Shown: one piece after another, positions 1 through 12,413 of the stretch
Position numbering within the stretch: position 1 is the stretch's first letter
Layout of the letters: each line of letters opens with the position of its first letter
Translations under genes and position numbers: made by a program
Assembly: GCA_964016885.1 (NCBI GenBank)
Contig: OZ024748.1
Location: 9,362,001-9,426,000 of the forward strand
Reading direction: 5' to 3'
DNA from: Eledone cirrhosa
Taxonomy: Eukaryota
DNA: 64,000 nt
The notes under the pieces: model-generated
What the model was told of the DNA's origin: nothing
Databases searched by the model: none
Seen by the model: only the letters and a program-made list of their open reading frames with translations

Positions 1-576
1 ATACAATCCTTATCTTCCTCAATCTTGTGACACTAAAATATTTACATTGAGAGAAAAAAAGGGGAGAGAGGTGGGAAGTATTGATTACTTTAGGAGGGGA
101 ACCTTTGTTTTCTATATTACACACTTGTAGTGTTTAAATATTCACTCAACAACTGGTCCCTTTCAGAAACCTCTCTCTAGTTTTACTATTTAATGTTATA
201 TATCTTTCTATTTAAAAAAAAACAAAGAAGTTAATCTCTGATGTTGGTAGCTTTTATTATAGGCTTATAGTTTAATCTGAGTAAATCTTCTGTGTACTTC
301 ATATTATGTACTCCAAACTTGATACTAAAATACATTTACTATATTTTCCTGTGAAATATTTTTTCTCATTTGAATTGTTTCCATTTAAACAATTAATAAA
401 AGGGATTATATTTTGATTAACTCACTGTCTGATTGTTTCTGGTCAGTTTATTCAATAAAAATCCAGTATTTATCTCACAAAAGTTACAACTGCTTACACT
501 AAGCATTTATTTGTTTTATCAGGCAAATTATTTTGCATTTAGTTAGAGCTCTTCTTGTTTTAAGTTCAACTGCTAC

Positions 577-695
577 CATGGTCAACTTTGTCTTTCTAGA
601 GATCAATAAAATGAAATACTAGTCAGATACTGGTGTCAATTTAATCAACTCACCCTCCTCAAATTGACGCCTTGATGCCTAAATTAAAAACCATC
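577..695 (+). mobile_element. Degenerate 3' half of tRNA-derived SINE (family A)
   Basis: gtcaactttgtctttc..gatcaataaaatgaaatactag..caaattgacgccttgatgcctaaattaaaaac aligns by eye to the copies at 1911 and 2524. Confidence 0.6.
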
Positions 696-830
696 ATTTA
701 TTCTTTCAAATTCTTCTTGTAGTTTTAATTTTCTTATTCTAAGCTGTAAATTCTTTTACTTACAATGGAGAAATATTGAGAGAAAATATTTGGAGTCAGT
801 GACTAATATTTTCTGTTTTTGCTGCTGTAG

Positions 831-1281
831 TACAGAAAACATTAGTTTATAACTTAGTAATATAACCAACTGTAAGTATAGAAAAGATTAGTTTATAACT
901 TAGTAATATAACCAACTGTAAGTACAGAAAACATTAGTTTATAACTTAGTAATATAACCAACTGTAAGTATAGAAAACATTAGTTTATAACTTAGTAATA
1001 TAACCAACTGTAAGTATAGAAAACATTAGTTTATAACTTAGTAATATAACCAACTGTAAGTACAGAAAACATTAGTTTATAACTTAGTAATATAACCAAC
1101 TGTAAGTATAGAAAACATTAGTTTATAACTTAGTAATATAACCAACTGTAAGTATAGAAAACATTAGTTTATAACTTAGTAATATAACCAACTGTAAGTA
1201 CAGAAAACATTAGTTTATAACTTAGTAATATAACCAACTGTAAGTACAGAAAACATTAGTTTATAACTTAGTAACATAACC
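831..1281. repeat. 46-bp minisatellite, about 10 copies
   Basis: Unit AyAGAAAACATTAGTTTATAACTTAGTAATATAACCAACTGTAAGT; period 46 (attagttt at 841 and 887). Confidence 0.97.
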
Positions 1282-1297
1282 GTGAATATGATTCTGC

Positions 1298-1348
1298 ATT
1301 TTTATAGCTGGATGCCCTTCCTAACACCAACCCCCATTTACAGTGTGT
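1298..1348 (-). mobile_element. Fragment of dispersed SINE-like family B
   Basis: agctggatgcccttcctaacaccaacc..tttacagtgtgt is the reverse complement of the motif at 50180-50230. Confidence 0.65.
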
Positions 1349-1910
1349 AAATATATATATCAGGATGGATTCAGTTTAGACCATTACTCAACAGAGTACT
1401 TGATACTTGAGGTAGTAGAGTATGGTTATATTAGGGGTCCTGACTCTTTATAATGTGTGTGTGTGTGATGGATGCTTAGTGGTTTAAAGGTGTAAATGCT
1501 CTTAATCAACATCCTTCAAAATATGCTTTAAATAGATAATCCTATTCCCTTTAATACAATAATTTACGGAGCCTTAGAAACTCTATCTCTGCTTGTACGC
1601 ATCACTGACTCTGCCTATAACTTGTCACATAATAGGAAATTATAGACTTAGTAATATTCAAACTACTACAGCTAACTCTTCATAAGCTTTCTTTTGTAAG
1701 ATCAACCACATTGTTTCATCATTTGTGTGTATGTGTACGTGTGAATACACACACACAGGCACCCGTTTTACGTGTGTTGTATTGAAGCAGATAATTATGT
1801 GTATACTCTGGGAATATATCCTACATTACCTATTGAGTACACTGAGATACAACCAGTCCTGGCATTGATAAATATGCTGGGTCCGTCAAATCCTTATTAT
1901 ATATATATAA

Positions 1911-2098
1911 GGGCGGTGAATTGGCAGTATCGGTAGAGGGTTGGACGCCATGCTTTCTAGCATAGTTATGTCCCTTTACGGTCTGAGTTCAAATCCCGCT
2001 GAGGTTAACTTTGCCTTTCATCCTTACGGGGTCGATAAAATAAAGTACGAGTAATGTACTGGGTAATTGCTGGCCTTGTGCCTAAAGTAGAAACAATT
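1911..2098 (+). mobile_element. tRNA-derived SINE (family A), near full length
   Basis: Head ggcggtgaattggcag; B-box GTTCAAATCC at 1987-1996; central aactttgcctttcatccttacggggtcgataaaataaagtac (resembles the MetaSINE-type conserved domain, from memory); tail gctggccttgtgcctaaagtagaaacaatt; flanked by (TA)n; several copies in the window. Confidence 0.85.
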
Positions 2099-2130
2099 AT
2101 ATATATATATGCAGAAACCCACACATTATA

Positions 2131-2161
<31 letters not shown>

Positions 2162-2521
2162 TTTTGCGGTGTTGAGACTGGGGAGACCACTAATCATGGG
2201 AGTACTCAATACATGGAGATATGTGCCGCAGTCAGGATTTTACATATCTCTCTCCCTCTCTCTCAAGAAGGGCATCTGGTTGTAAACTATTGCTTCCAAA
2301 AGATGTGAAGTATAATAGTTTTATTGACTCCTATCCAGTAATTAGTTGTCAAAAACTCTTCTCTCTCATTTCTATTGATTTCTGTTTGGGAAGGTGTGGC
2401 TCGACAACTTATCTAAAGCAACCCCTTCTAGGTTGCTATGGACACATGACAACAGAAGAAGGACTCAACTTGTATTTAACTCAGCACTGGTGCTGCCAAC
2501 TACTGGAGATTGTTATTATTA

Positions 2522-2732
2522 TGAAATCGGTAGAGCATCTGACAAAATACTTTGCTATATTAACTTATGACTTTCTACGTTCTGAGTTCAAATCCTGTTG
2601 ATGTTAGCTTTGCCTTTTATATCATTACGGGGGTCAATAAAATAATGTACTAGTAACACCCTGGGGTCAATTTAATCAACTTTCTCCTTCCTTTCAAATT
2701 GCTGGCCTTGTGCCAAAAGTAGAAACAATTAT
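2522..2732 (+). mobile_element. tRNA-derived SINE (family A)
   Basis: ctgagttcaaatcc, tttgcctttt..cgggggtcaataa and gctggccttgtgccaaaagtagaaacaatt as in the 1911 copy. Confidence 0.8.
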
Positions 2733-3310
2733 CAAAATTGAACAGTTTACAGTAACAAATTATTTCAAAGGATGTTGTGATTATCAAACATAATATTGAG
2801 ATAAGTGTTGATAGTATATCTTATACTGGCAAGTTGCAGCAGCAGTCAGATAGATGAGATAGCAGCAACATGTCTTAATATAGTTATTATGATTTATTAT
2901 CTGTGATTAAGCTAAGGGTTGGTCATCTAATATCTAATGTTGGTTGAGTCTCCACAGGTTTACAGAAATGCTCTGAAATTTGTTGAAGGAAGTTTCACTA
3001 TGTTGAGGAAGGAGGTGGAGTAATTTTGTAAATGTCCCCATTTTCTCATGTTTTTCAATATTAATTCTAAAAGAATATAATTTATTAATACAATATTTAA
3101 CCTGGTCGTGTGTATTTGCATGTGTGTCTGTATCTGTATGTGTGTATGAAACCACGATGAAGATAAATTAATACTTCACTTGTAAAAAGTGTTGTGTTCT
3201 ACATTTTTATCAACATCTGTAAAGCTTGAATTTACAAAGAAAAAATATTTCAGTAATTTTTCCCCTACATTCCTGAATAAAAATAATTGTCTTGTAGTTT
3301 CTATCTTTGC

Positions 3311-6300
3311 TTATTAACCCTCTGGTTTATACATAGGGTAAGTCCCTGCACCACTCTTATTAGCCCTCTAGACTGTAATGAGGGTAAGTCTCTGTACCAC
3401 CCTTATTAACCCTCTAGACCAGAGGTCCCCAACCTTTTGGGTCCGCAGACCAGATGTACAATTAATACTACTTAGATACAAATAAGTAATCATTTATTTA
3501 TCCCTTATGTTAGATTTGAAACAAAATTCAATATTGATACTTAGAGCTGTCCCAAGCAGAAAAATACATTTAAACATTGTTTTATTCGGCAATATCGATA
3601 GATTGGGTGCGAATTTATTGCAAACTGTACCCTTTTTAGAACCCTTCGCGGGCCACATCCGGCCGGGGGTTGGGGACCCTTGCTCTAGACTGTAATGAGG
3701 GTAAGTCCCTGTACCACCCTTATTAGCCCTCTAGACTGTAATGAGGGTAAGTCCCTGTACCACCCTTATTAACCCTCTAGACTGTAATGAGGGTAAGTCT
3801 CTGTACCACCCTTATTAGCCCTCTAGACTGTAATGAGGGTAAGTCCCTGTACCACCCTTATTAACCCTCTAGACTGTAATGAGGGTAAGTCTCTGTACCA
3901 CCCTTATTAGCCCTCTAGACTGTAATGAGGGTAAGTCTCTGTACCACCCTTATTAGCCCTCTAGACTGTAATGAGGGTAAGTCCCTGTACCACCCTTATT
4001 AACCCTCTAGACTGTAATGAGGGTAAGTCCCTGTACCACCCTTATTAACCCTCTAGACTGTAATGAGGGTAAGTCCCTGTACCACCCTTATTAGCCCTCT
4101 AGACTGTAATGAGGGTAAGTCCCTGTACCACCCTTATTAGCCCTCTAGACTGTAATGAGGGTAAGTCCCTGTACCACCCTTATTAGCCCTCTCGACTGTA
4201 ATGAGGGTAAGTCCCTGTACCACCCTTATTAACCCTCTAGACTGTAATGAGGGTAAGTCCCTGTACCACCCTTATTAGCCCTCTAGACTGTAATGAGGGT
4301 AAGTCCCTGTACCACCCTTATTAGCCCTCTAGACTGTAATGAGGGTAAGTCCCTGTACCACCCTTATTAGCCCTCTCGACTGTAATGAGGGTAAGTCCCT
4401 GTACCACCCTTATTAACCCTCTAGACTGTAATGAGGGTAAGTCCCTGTACCACCCTTATTAACCCTCTAGACTGTAATGAGGGTAAGTCCCTGTACCACC
4501 CTTATTAACCCTCTAGACTGTAATGAGGGTAAGTCCCTGTACCACCCTTATTAACCCTCTAGACTGTAATGGGGGTAAGTCCCTGTACCACCCTTATTAA
4601 CCCTCTAGACTGTAATGAGGGTAAGTCCCTGTACCACCCTTATTAACCCTCTAGACTGTAATGAGGGTAAGTCCCTGTACCACCCTTATTAACCCTCTAG
4701 ACTGTAATGAGGGTAAGTCCCTGTACCACCCTTATTAGCCCTCTCGACTGTAATGAGGGTAAGTCCCTGTACCACCCTTATTAACCCTCTAGACTGTAAT
4801 GAGGGTAAGTCCCTGTACCACCCTTATTAGCCCTCTAGACTGTAATGAGGGTAAGTCCCTGTACCACCCTTATTAGCCCTCTAGACTGTAATGAGGGTAA
4901 GTCCCTGTACCACCCTTATTAGCCCTCTCGACTGTAATGAGGGTAAGTCCCTGTACCACCCTTATTAGCCCTCTAGACTGTAATGAGAGTAAGTCCCTGT
5001 ACCACCCTTATTAACCCTCTCGACTGTAATGAGGGTAAGTCTCTGTACCACCCTTATTAGCCCTCTCGACTGTAATGAGGGTAAGTCCCTGTACCACCCT
5101 TATTAACCCTCTAGACTGTAATGAGGGTAAGTCCCTGTACCACCCTTATTAACCCTCTAGACTGTAATGAGAGTAAGTCCCTGTACCACCCTTATTAACC
5201 CTCTAGACTGTAATGAGAGTAAGTCCCTGTACCACCCTTATTAACCCTCTAGACTGTAATGAGAGTAAGTCCCTGTACCACCCTTATTAACCCTCTAGAC
5301 TGTAATGAGAGTAAGTCCCTGTACCACCCTTATTAACCCTCTAGACTGTAATGAGGGTAAGTCCCTGTACCACCCTTATTAACCCTCTAGACTGTAATGA
5401 GAGTAAGTCCCTGTACCACCCTTATTAGCCCTCTAGACTGTAATGAGGGTAAGTCCCTGTACCACCCTTATTAACCCTCTAGACTGTAATGAGGGTAAGT
5501 CCCTGTACCACCCTTATTAACCCTCTAGACTGTAATGAGAGTAAGTCCCTGTACCACCCTTATTAACCCTCTAGACTGTAATGAGGGTAAGTCCCTGTAC
5601 CACCCTTATTAGCCCTCTCGACTGTAATGAGGGTAAGTCTCTGTACCACCCTTATTAACCCTCTAGACTGTAATGAGGGTAAGTCTCTGTACCACCCTTA
5701 TTAACCCTCTAGACTGTAATGAGGGTAAGTCCCTGTACCACCCTTATTAACCCTCTAGACTGTAATGAGGGTAAGTCCCTGTACCACCCTTATTAGCCCT
5801 CTCGACTGTAATGAGGGTAAGTCCCTGTACCACCCTTATTAACCCTCTAGACTGTAATGAGAGTAAGTCCCTGTACCACCCTTATTAACCCTCTAGACTG
5901 TAATGAGGGTAAGTCCCTGTACCACCCTTATTAACCCTCTAGACTGTAATGAGGGTAAGTCCCTGTACCACCCTTATTAACCCTCTAGACTGTAATGAGA
6001 GTAAGTCCCTGTACCACCCTTATTAACCCTCTAGACTGTAATGAGGGTAAGTCCCTGTACCACCCTTATTAACCCTCTAGACTGTAATGAGAGTAAGTCC
6101 CTGTACCACCCTTATTAACCCTCTAGACTGTAATGAGGGTAAGTCCCTGTACCACCCTTATTAACCCTCTAGACTGTAATGAGGGTAAGTCCCTGTACCA
6201 CCCTTATTAACCCTCTAGACTGTAATGAGAGTAAGTCCCTGTACCACCCTTATTAGCCCTCTAGACTGTAATGAGGGTAAGTCCCTGTACCACCCTTATT

Positions 6301-6348
6301 AACCCTCTAGACTGTAATGAGGGTAAGTCCCTGTACCACCCTTATTAA
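3311..6348. repeat. 46-bp minisatellite, about 60 copies, interrupted by a MITE
   Basis: Unit CCCTCTAGACTGTAATGAGGGTAAGTCCCTGTACCACCCTTATTAr with a few recurring SNP variants; period 46; degenerate first unit at about 3311-3360. Confidence 0.98.
3420..3682. mobile_element. Non-autonomous hAT (Charlie-like) DNA transposon / MITE, 263 bp
   Basis: TIRs CAGAGGTCCCCAACC / GGTTGGGGACCCTTG (13 of 15 match); perfect 8-bp TSD CTCTAGAC at 3412-3419 and 3683-3690, fitting the NTCTAGAN target of hAT-Charlie elements. Confidence 0.9.
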
Positions 6349-6573
6349 CTATTCAATTGTTGTTCACATCTTCCAACCCCCTCCGTCACCCATCAAGTCT
6401 TTCTAGTGCCCTGCTAGTTTGGTAGCTACTAATTATATACTAAAGTACTACTGTGTGACCTAGCTACTACACAAGCTGGTAGTCAGTCATCAGATATTTT
6501 AGGGTGTTGGATATTACACTGCTCTGGCTGTCATCAGGTTCAAATTAGTTGCCCCACCCATTACATTCATCAT

Positions 6574-6574
<1 letters not shown>

Positions 6575-6612
<38 letters not shown>

Positions 6613-6663
6613 ATCTTCTCTCTGTAGTAGTACTAGTAGTAGTAGTAGTAGTAGTAGTAGTAG
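6575..6663. repeat. (TAG)n microsatellites
   Basis: Two runs of tagtagtag. Confidence 0.95.
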
Positions 6664-7744
6664 ACTTCACTATTAACCTCAACTCTTGTATTATACTATT
6701 TCAAATCTTATTTATTATAGAGGATTTATGATAAATGAATTTAATAAGATTTTTCTTTTTCTTTACTTTTTACTTTCTCTCTACACAAATGTGTTCAACT
6801 CAATCATAATTTACATCCAGTATTAGTTGTCATTTTAATGCATCTTCAATTCATTCAATGACTGAGTATATACAGTAAACTTCACATTGTTTTAAAATCA
6901 CATTCTCTTTTAAGTATAAAAAAGCAAATCTAAAGAGATTTTGAAACCATGGGAAGCCAATATATCCATCGAAAGTTTACGATAATTATTGATATGAAGA
7001 TACATTTAAATGCAAACAAATATTGAACACAAATTAAGACTGAGTTGAACGCATTTGTGAAGACAGAAAGTAAAAACAAAGAGAGAGATTATTTATTCCA
7101 GTTCACTGTTACAGAAATATATGTGATAAATCTGTGACTATTAGTTTTATTCCACCAGTAAATAGAAATGATAAACTTAAATGGAGAAAGTATTTCACTA
7201 GCAGACTATAGGTTCAAGTTCATAGTATGTCGAGATAAAGCAGTTAACTCTCCCGCAGTCCAGTTAGATATCGGTCAGAGAGATCCTACTCTGGGTTATC
7301 TAAAAGATCATTATCATCATCATCATCACTGTTTTATGTCTGTTTGTCCATTCTTACAGGTGCTTAGCTTTCTGAAACCTTCCAGAACCAGGCACCAGCT
7401 ATTATGAATCCTATTGAGGTTGCTCAACTTAGATATCTTTAGGGTAATATATATATAACCAACTATGAACTTTCATTAATTTCATTGCCTGTGCTTCTCC
7501 CCTCAAACATTCAGAGGCTTACACCAACAGAAGACATGATTATGTCTTCATCTTCTTAAAACTGAAGTTCCCTACCAATGAAAAGATTAATAATGAAGTT
7601 ATCACTACTTGATGTTTTATTGTATATAAAACCACTCTATATAAAACAAATATTTTATTACTATGATAGTAACTTTAACATTAAAATATACTGATTTCTT
7701 TTGACTTTCAATGAAGCCAATTTTCACAGGGTAAACATAGCTGT

Positions 7745-7875
7745 TTAAATTTACCCCAGCGTATCACTGGTACTTCTTTCATACAGGAATGAAAAAAACA
7801 AGGTCTACCTGGGCGAGTTTAAACTCTTAAAAATGTTTGCACGGCTTTGTAATAAGTGGCAACATTCTGCCCTAT
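7745..7875 (-). mobile_element. Degenerate SINE family A copy
   Basis: ccccagcgtatcactggtactt..gaatgaaa..aaggtctacctgggcgagtttaaactc resembles the reverse complement of the family A core and B-box. Confidence 0.5.
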
Positions 7876-7894
7876 TTACCTGAATAAATATTAT

Positions 7895-7896
7895 AT

Positions 7897-7944
<48 letters not shown>

Positions 7945-8042
7945 GAGAGAGAGAGAGCGAGAAAGTTTCACTCTGCATGTGCATAGAGTGCTTGGTTTGA
8001 TAGCAACACCACCAATTCACTGTACTACCCACACACACACTC

Positions 8043-8080
<38 letters not shown>
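7895..8080. repeat. (TA)n/(GA)n/(CA)n microsatellite cluster
   Basis: Direct reading. Confidence 0.9.
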
Positions 8081-8084
<4 letters not shown>

Positions 8085-9892
8085 AGTGCAAGCTATAAAA
8101 TGTTTTGTATATTTTAAAACATATTTTTCGTGTCTCAGAAAATTATTTAAAACTCTTTCTACGTGGGTTGTAGTTAATGCGTAAAAAATATAAAATCAAT
8201 ATTTGATTTTTGGTGAAGGAACCTACATATTGTGTAATATATCCGACTTCGTAATGTTTTCCTTTTTTACATACTGAGTTGCCAAGCTGTATTAAACAAC
8301 ATATAGTGTATATATATTATCATCACTTGTGTGACCAGTCTAACACCAACCTCATTTACAGTGTGGACTGTGTTTTTGGGGTGAATTTTACAATGTGGAC
8401 TGGACTCCTTTTGTCGTGTCACCAAAAGTATATATGAGTTGCGTCATTACAGGTGCGAAGCTGTATTAAAGAACATGGTATATAGTGTATATATGTTCCA
8501 TATAGAGAGTATACATATTGTAGAAATGAGTTGTGACTGGTGCCGGGCAGTATCGGCTTTTACCCATCACTTGGATAAGATGCCATGGTGAGGGAAGGCT
8601 GGTTTGCATGGACGACTGCTGGTCTTAAACAAAAACACTTTGCATGGGGAACTTTCCAGGTATAAAACCCATGGTCCTTCGTATCTGACGAGGTATTTAC
8701 CATTTACCTACTATATGTAGTGGGTCCTGTACAAGATTTTAATTCCATGTAACTTTAATTAGTACTTTACACAATGACAAGGGAAGTAACTCTTAATGGC
8801 TTTATCGTATGAGAAATAGATTTTTCAAGTTACACACACACTCTCATGTTGATGTTGACATTGTCATTATTGTGTTTGCTAGTAAAACTAATTACAATGG
8901 TCTAGGAGAAAGTATTTCTTTTAATCACACTTTGGATATGGTAAAGAAAATTTCGCAGGAATTTTGACTTCGGAAAAAAACAAAAATCTTCTTTCATATT
9001 AATGGAATGAAATTATATTTTCGTTTAACTATTTTTTTGTTTTTAAACTTTAAAAGAAAAGATATATATATATCAATATTTATTTAATTTTAATCTCTTC
9101 TTTCCATTTTATTTCATGAAATCAATCTCAATTTTAATGTATTTCTATATTGTCATTAATCTTAATCTGGTGTGTTGCCATATTACGGACTCTCACAAAA
9201 ATGGTTCGGTGATAATTTTTTAAGTTTTTTTTTCTTTTGTGAATCTTTGGTTTTCTGTTGAATTTTGTTTCTTTGTTTATGTTGTATAATTTTAGACATT
9301 AGTTAGAAAAGTGTAATCTAATTTCGAGAACAATAACAACTCATCTTTGTAATGTCTCCTTATCTGCTGTCCTTGTTGTTGTTGTTGTTGTTTAGACAAG
9401 GATTATATTCCCTTGATTAATGTATTTCGTTAATTCTGTCTTTCTTTCTAACCTTTTCGGTATTAAATATTTTGTCTATAGGAATTATTCCAATTTATAC
9501 TTATATAGTCTATATATATATATATATATATACCTCTGAAATGCAGTCTCTCTCTGTCTCCAATATATATATATATTGTATGTATGTATGTGTGTGTGTG
9601 TTGTTCTATAAGGCAGTAGAATATTTTTACTTTCTTATTTGGATTTAAAAACATTTTCTTTTCTCCTATCTGAAATATTTAATAAATTGTTGTGAAATTA
9701 AAGTAGAGTATGAACTTTGTAAGTTTGGTTATTAATTGTCTGAATTATCGCAATTATTTCATATTCACCATCACTTTATTCTAATATTAAAATTTTGAAA
9801 AAATGTCATCTTAATTGTAAATTATTTTTCTCTAAAGAATTCATTTATTGTTAATATTTGAAATGAGAAAAATTTATCTGCTTTCTTACAAT

Positions 9893-10421
9893 ATCTGGAC
9901 ATATTGTTGCTGTTTTCTCTACAGTTATAACAGTTATAGGTTTGACATGGGCATATTGTTGCTATTTTTCTATTGTTATAATTGTTATAGGTTTCATCTG
10001 GGCATCTGTTGCTGTTTTCTATATAGCTATAACTGTTATAGGTTTAACCTGGACATATGTTGCTGTTTTTATACTGTTATAACAGTTATAGGTTTGACCT
10101 GGCTATATTAATGCTGTTTTCTGTACAGTTATAACAGTTACAGGTTTGACCTGGACATATTGTTGCTGTTTTCTATGTAGTTATACTGTTATAGGTTTGA
10201 CCAGGGCATATTGTTGCTGGTATAGGTTTAACCTGGGCATCTGTTGCTGTTTTCTCTAGTTATAGGTTTAACCTGGGCATCTGTTACTGTTTTTCTACTG
10301 TTATAACAGTTATAGGTTTGGCCTGAGTATATTGATGCTGTTTTCTGTACAGTTATAACAGTTACAGGTTTGAACTGGACATATTGTTGCTGTTTTGTCT
10401 GTGGTTTATAACTTATAGGTT
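9893..10421. repeat. Degenerate minisatellite, unit about 50 bp, about 10 copies
   Basis: Recurrent ctggacatattgttgctgttttc..gttataacagttataggtttgac. Confidence 0.9.
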
Positions 10422-10614
10422 GGTAGATATTTTTTAAGAGTTAAATCTTCAATGTTTTCAGTATGAAATTAATGTGTAAAAAGTATATAACATATTGTAT
10501 GTTTGTATGTAGTGTAAATCAATATAAATTTGCCAGTAATAAGAATATATGAGTTTAAATAGAAATATCACATATGACAAATGCTACAACACTGTGTTTA
10601 CAATACTATAATGG

Positions 10615-10853
10615 TTGTATGTGTATGTGTATCTATATATATGTCTGTAGGTATCTATATGTATGTGTCATATATATATATATGCCTGAACGTGTACTTC
10701 TGTCTGCCTATGTGTGTATCTATGTATATATGTCTGTCTGTGTGTATGTGTCTATGTATATATATATATGTATGTGTACTTCTATATGTGTGTATACATG
10801 TACTTCTGTCTGCGTGTGTATGTGTCTATCTATGTTTGTGTGTATGCGTGTGT
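10615..10853. repeat. Degenerate (TG/TA)n low-complexity tract
   Basis: Direct reading; source of several spurious ORFs. Confidence 0.9.
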
Positions 10854-11132
10854 TTACAAAGAACAGTTTATTTGTTATTCCAGAGATAATATCTCGAGTC
10901 ATGAATAGAGATGCTTGTTGAGGTGAAGAGGTGAAGAGAGAGAAGAGTTGTTTCAATGGTTTCATCCTAGTTGTTGTTGTTGTTGTGGTTGTTGTATTAT
11001 TATAAAAGCAGGAGGAGATATGATAACAAGGGAATTGATCTGATGTTGCAACTTTAGCTGTTGGTTGCTAAGGAAGATGTCTCAAATAATTGCAGTTTTA
11101 TTGATGTTCTTGTTGTTTCAACCAAACAGAAA

Positions 11133-11392
11133 TGTCAAACTACGGTGTAGGGGGTGAAACTGTTTCACTGTCAAACTACGGTGTAGGGGGTAAAACTGTT
11201 TCACTGTCAAAATACAGTGTAGGGGGTGAAACTGCTGTCAAACTACGGTGTAGGGGGTGTAACTGAGGTCAAACTATGGTGTAGGGGTTGAAACTGCTGT
11301 CAAACTACGGTGTAGGGGGTGAAACTGCTGTCAAACTATGGTGTAGGGGGTGAAACTGCTGTCAAACTACGGTGTAAAGGGTGAAACTGCTT
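11133..11392. repeat. 31-36-bp minisatellite, about 8 copies
   Basis: Unit TGTCAAACTACGGTGTAGGGGGTGAAACTGC. Confidence 0.93.
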
Positions 11393-11399
11393 GACAATG

Positions 11400-11793
11400 A
11401 ACCTGGTACATTCTGTAAGGGTGGTTGGTGACAGGAAGAGTATCTCGCTGTAGAAACCATGCCTAAAAGGTTTGAGAGGACCCTTCATTTGTGTAAAGGA
11501 CATGAAAACCTCCCTAGTGCTGGTAATCTACATCATAAACACACCCAGTACACACTGTAAAGTGGTTGGTGTTAGTATGGGCATCCAGTTTTAGAATGCT
11601 TGCCAAAGGATTGGAGGTCCCTTCAGTTTGTGTCAAAAGACATGACAAGCTCTTCTGTGCACTTAATAGATCATATGAGCGTATGCAAATGAGATGCAGA
11701 TCCCCCTTCCCCCCATCCTGCCTGGGAGGTCAGTAGCCCGTTTCAGTACTGACCTTTGCTAGCAAGGAAAGCATTAAATGATGATGATGATGT
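11400..11793 (+). mobile_element. SINE-like family B, internally duplicated, ending in a (GAT)n tail
   Basis: Two copies of acactgtaaagtggttggtgttag..gggcatccag, then gctagcaaggaaagcattaaatgatgatgatgatg, homologous to 50113-50350. Confidence 0.65.
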
Positions 11794-11970
11794 AAATGAA
11801 TTATTAAAAAAATTTGTTATCAAAGCCTATCATCATATATAGTAATTGATAGGGAGGTGCCTTTCAATGGGGTGTGGCAATTTAGAATTCCTTAGACATT
11901 TGATAAATTCTAATTTTCAATCTATGTGCTATTTGGGAAATTTTTTTCTCTCTCCTTTCTTCCATGTCAA

Positions 11971-12413
11971 CCCTTTCATTACCATACAGTAAAACATTGC
12001 TGATGTAGTTTAATATTAAAAATAATCAAACATTCAGAAGAGTCTTAAATAGCTGATTTTTTTCATTATCAAATTGCAGTTTGGAATATAATTTAACAAA
12101 ATATTCCAACATAAAATTATGATGGAAGGTTTTTAGATAGATTTAACACTTTAGTCTTTACATTACTCTATATGTACTATTATATTTTTTGGTAAAGGCT
12201 TTATCTTACATGATTATCCCACATAATATTGAATCTATGAGATTTTGATATTATTTATTTTGATAACAATAACTGGCTTTAGCCAGTATAAACAGAAAGA
12301 GGTGAGAGAATTCTGGCCAGATACGGCTGGTTTAAATGCTAAAGGGTTAAACACTTTAAAATACGCAGATTTATATCATAGAACCAGGGTTAGGCAGTTT
12401 GATATCGAAAGAG
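11971..12413. mobile_element. Older piggyBac-like MITE hosting the 200-bp element
   Basis: Left end tcaa-CCCTTTCATTACC, right end GATATCGAAAGAG-ttaa; the empty-site sequence is seen in reverse at about 59675-59725. Confidence 0.5.
12147..12346. mobile_element. piggyBac-like MITE, 200 bp
   Basis: TTAA (12143-12146), then CACTTTAG...CTAAAGGG, then TTAA (12347-12350); a second copy starting TTAACCCTTT lies at about 57970-58180. Confidence 0.75.

Noticed and set aside
1911-2000. tRNA gene
   Set aside because: A/B boxes are present but I could not fold a cloverleaf, and it continues into a SINE body with several diverged copies.
8100-9300. NAB promoter or 5' UTR exon (scattered CpGs, TGCGTCA, ACGTGGGTT)
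   Set aside because: No consensus EGR site (GCGTGGGCG) or definable exon; cannot be supported without transcript data.
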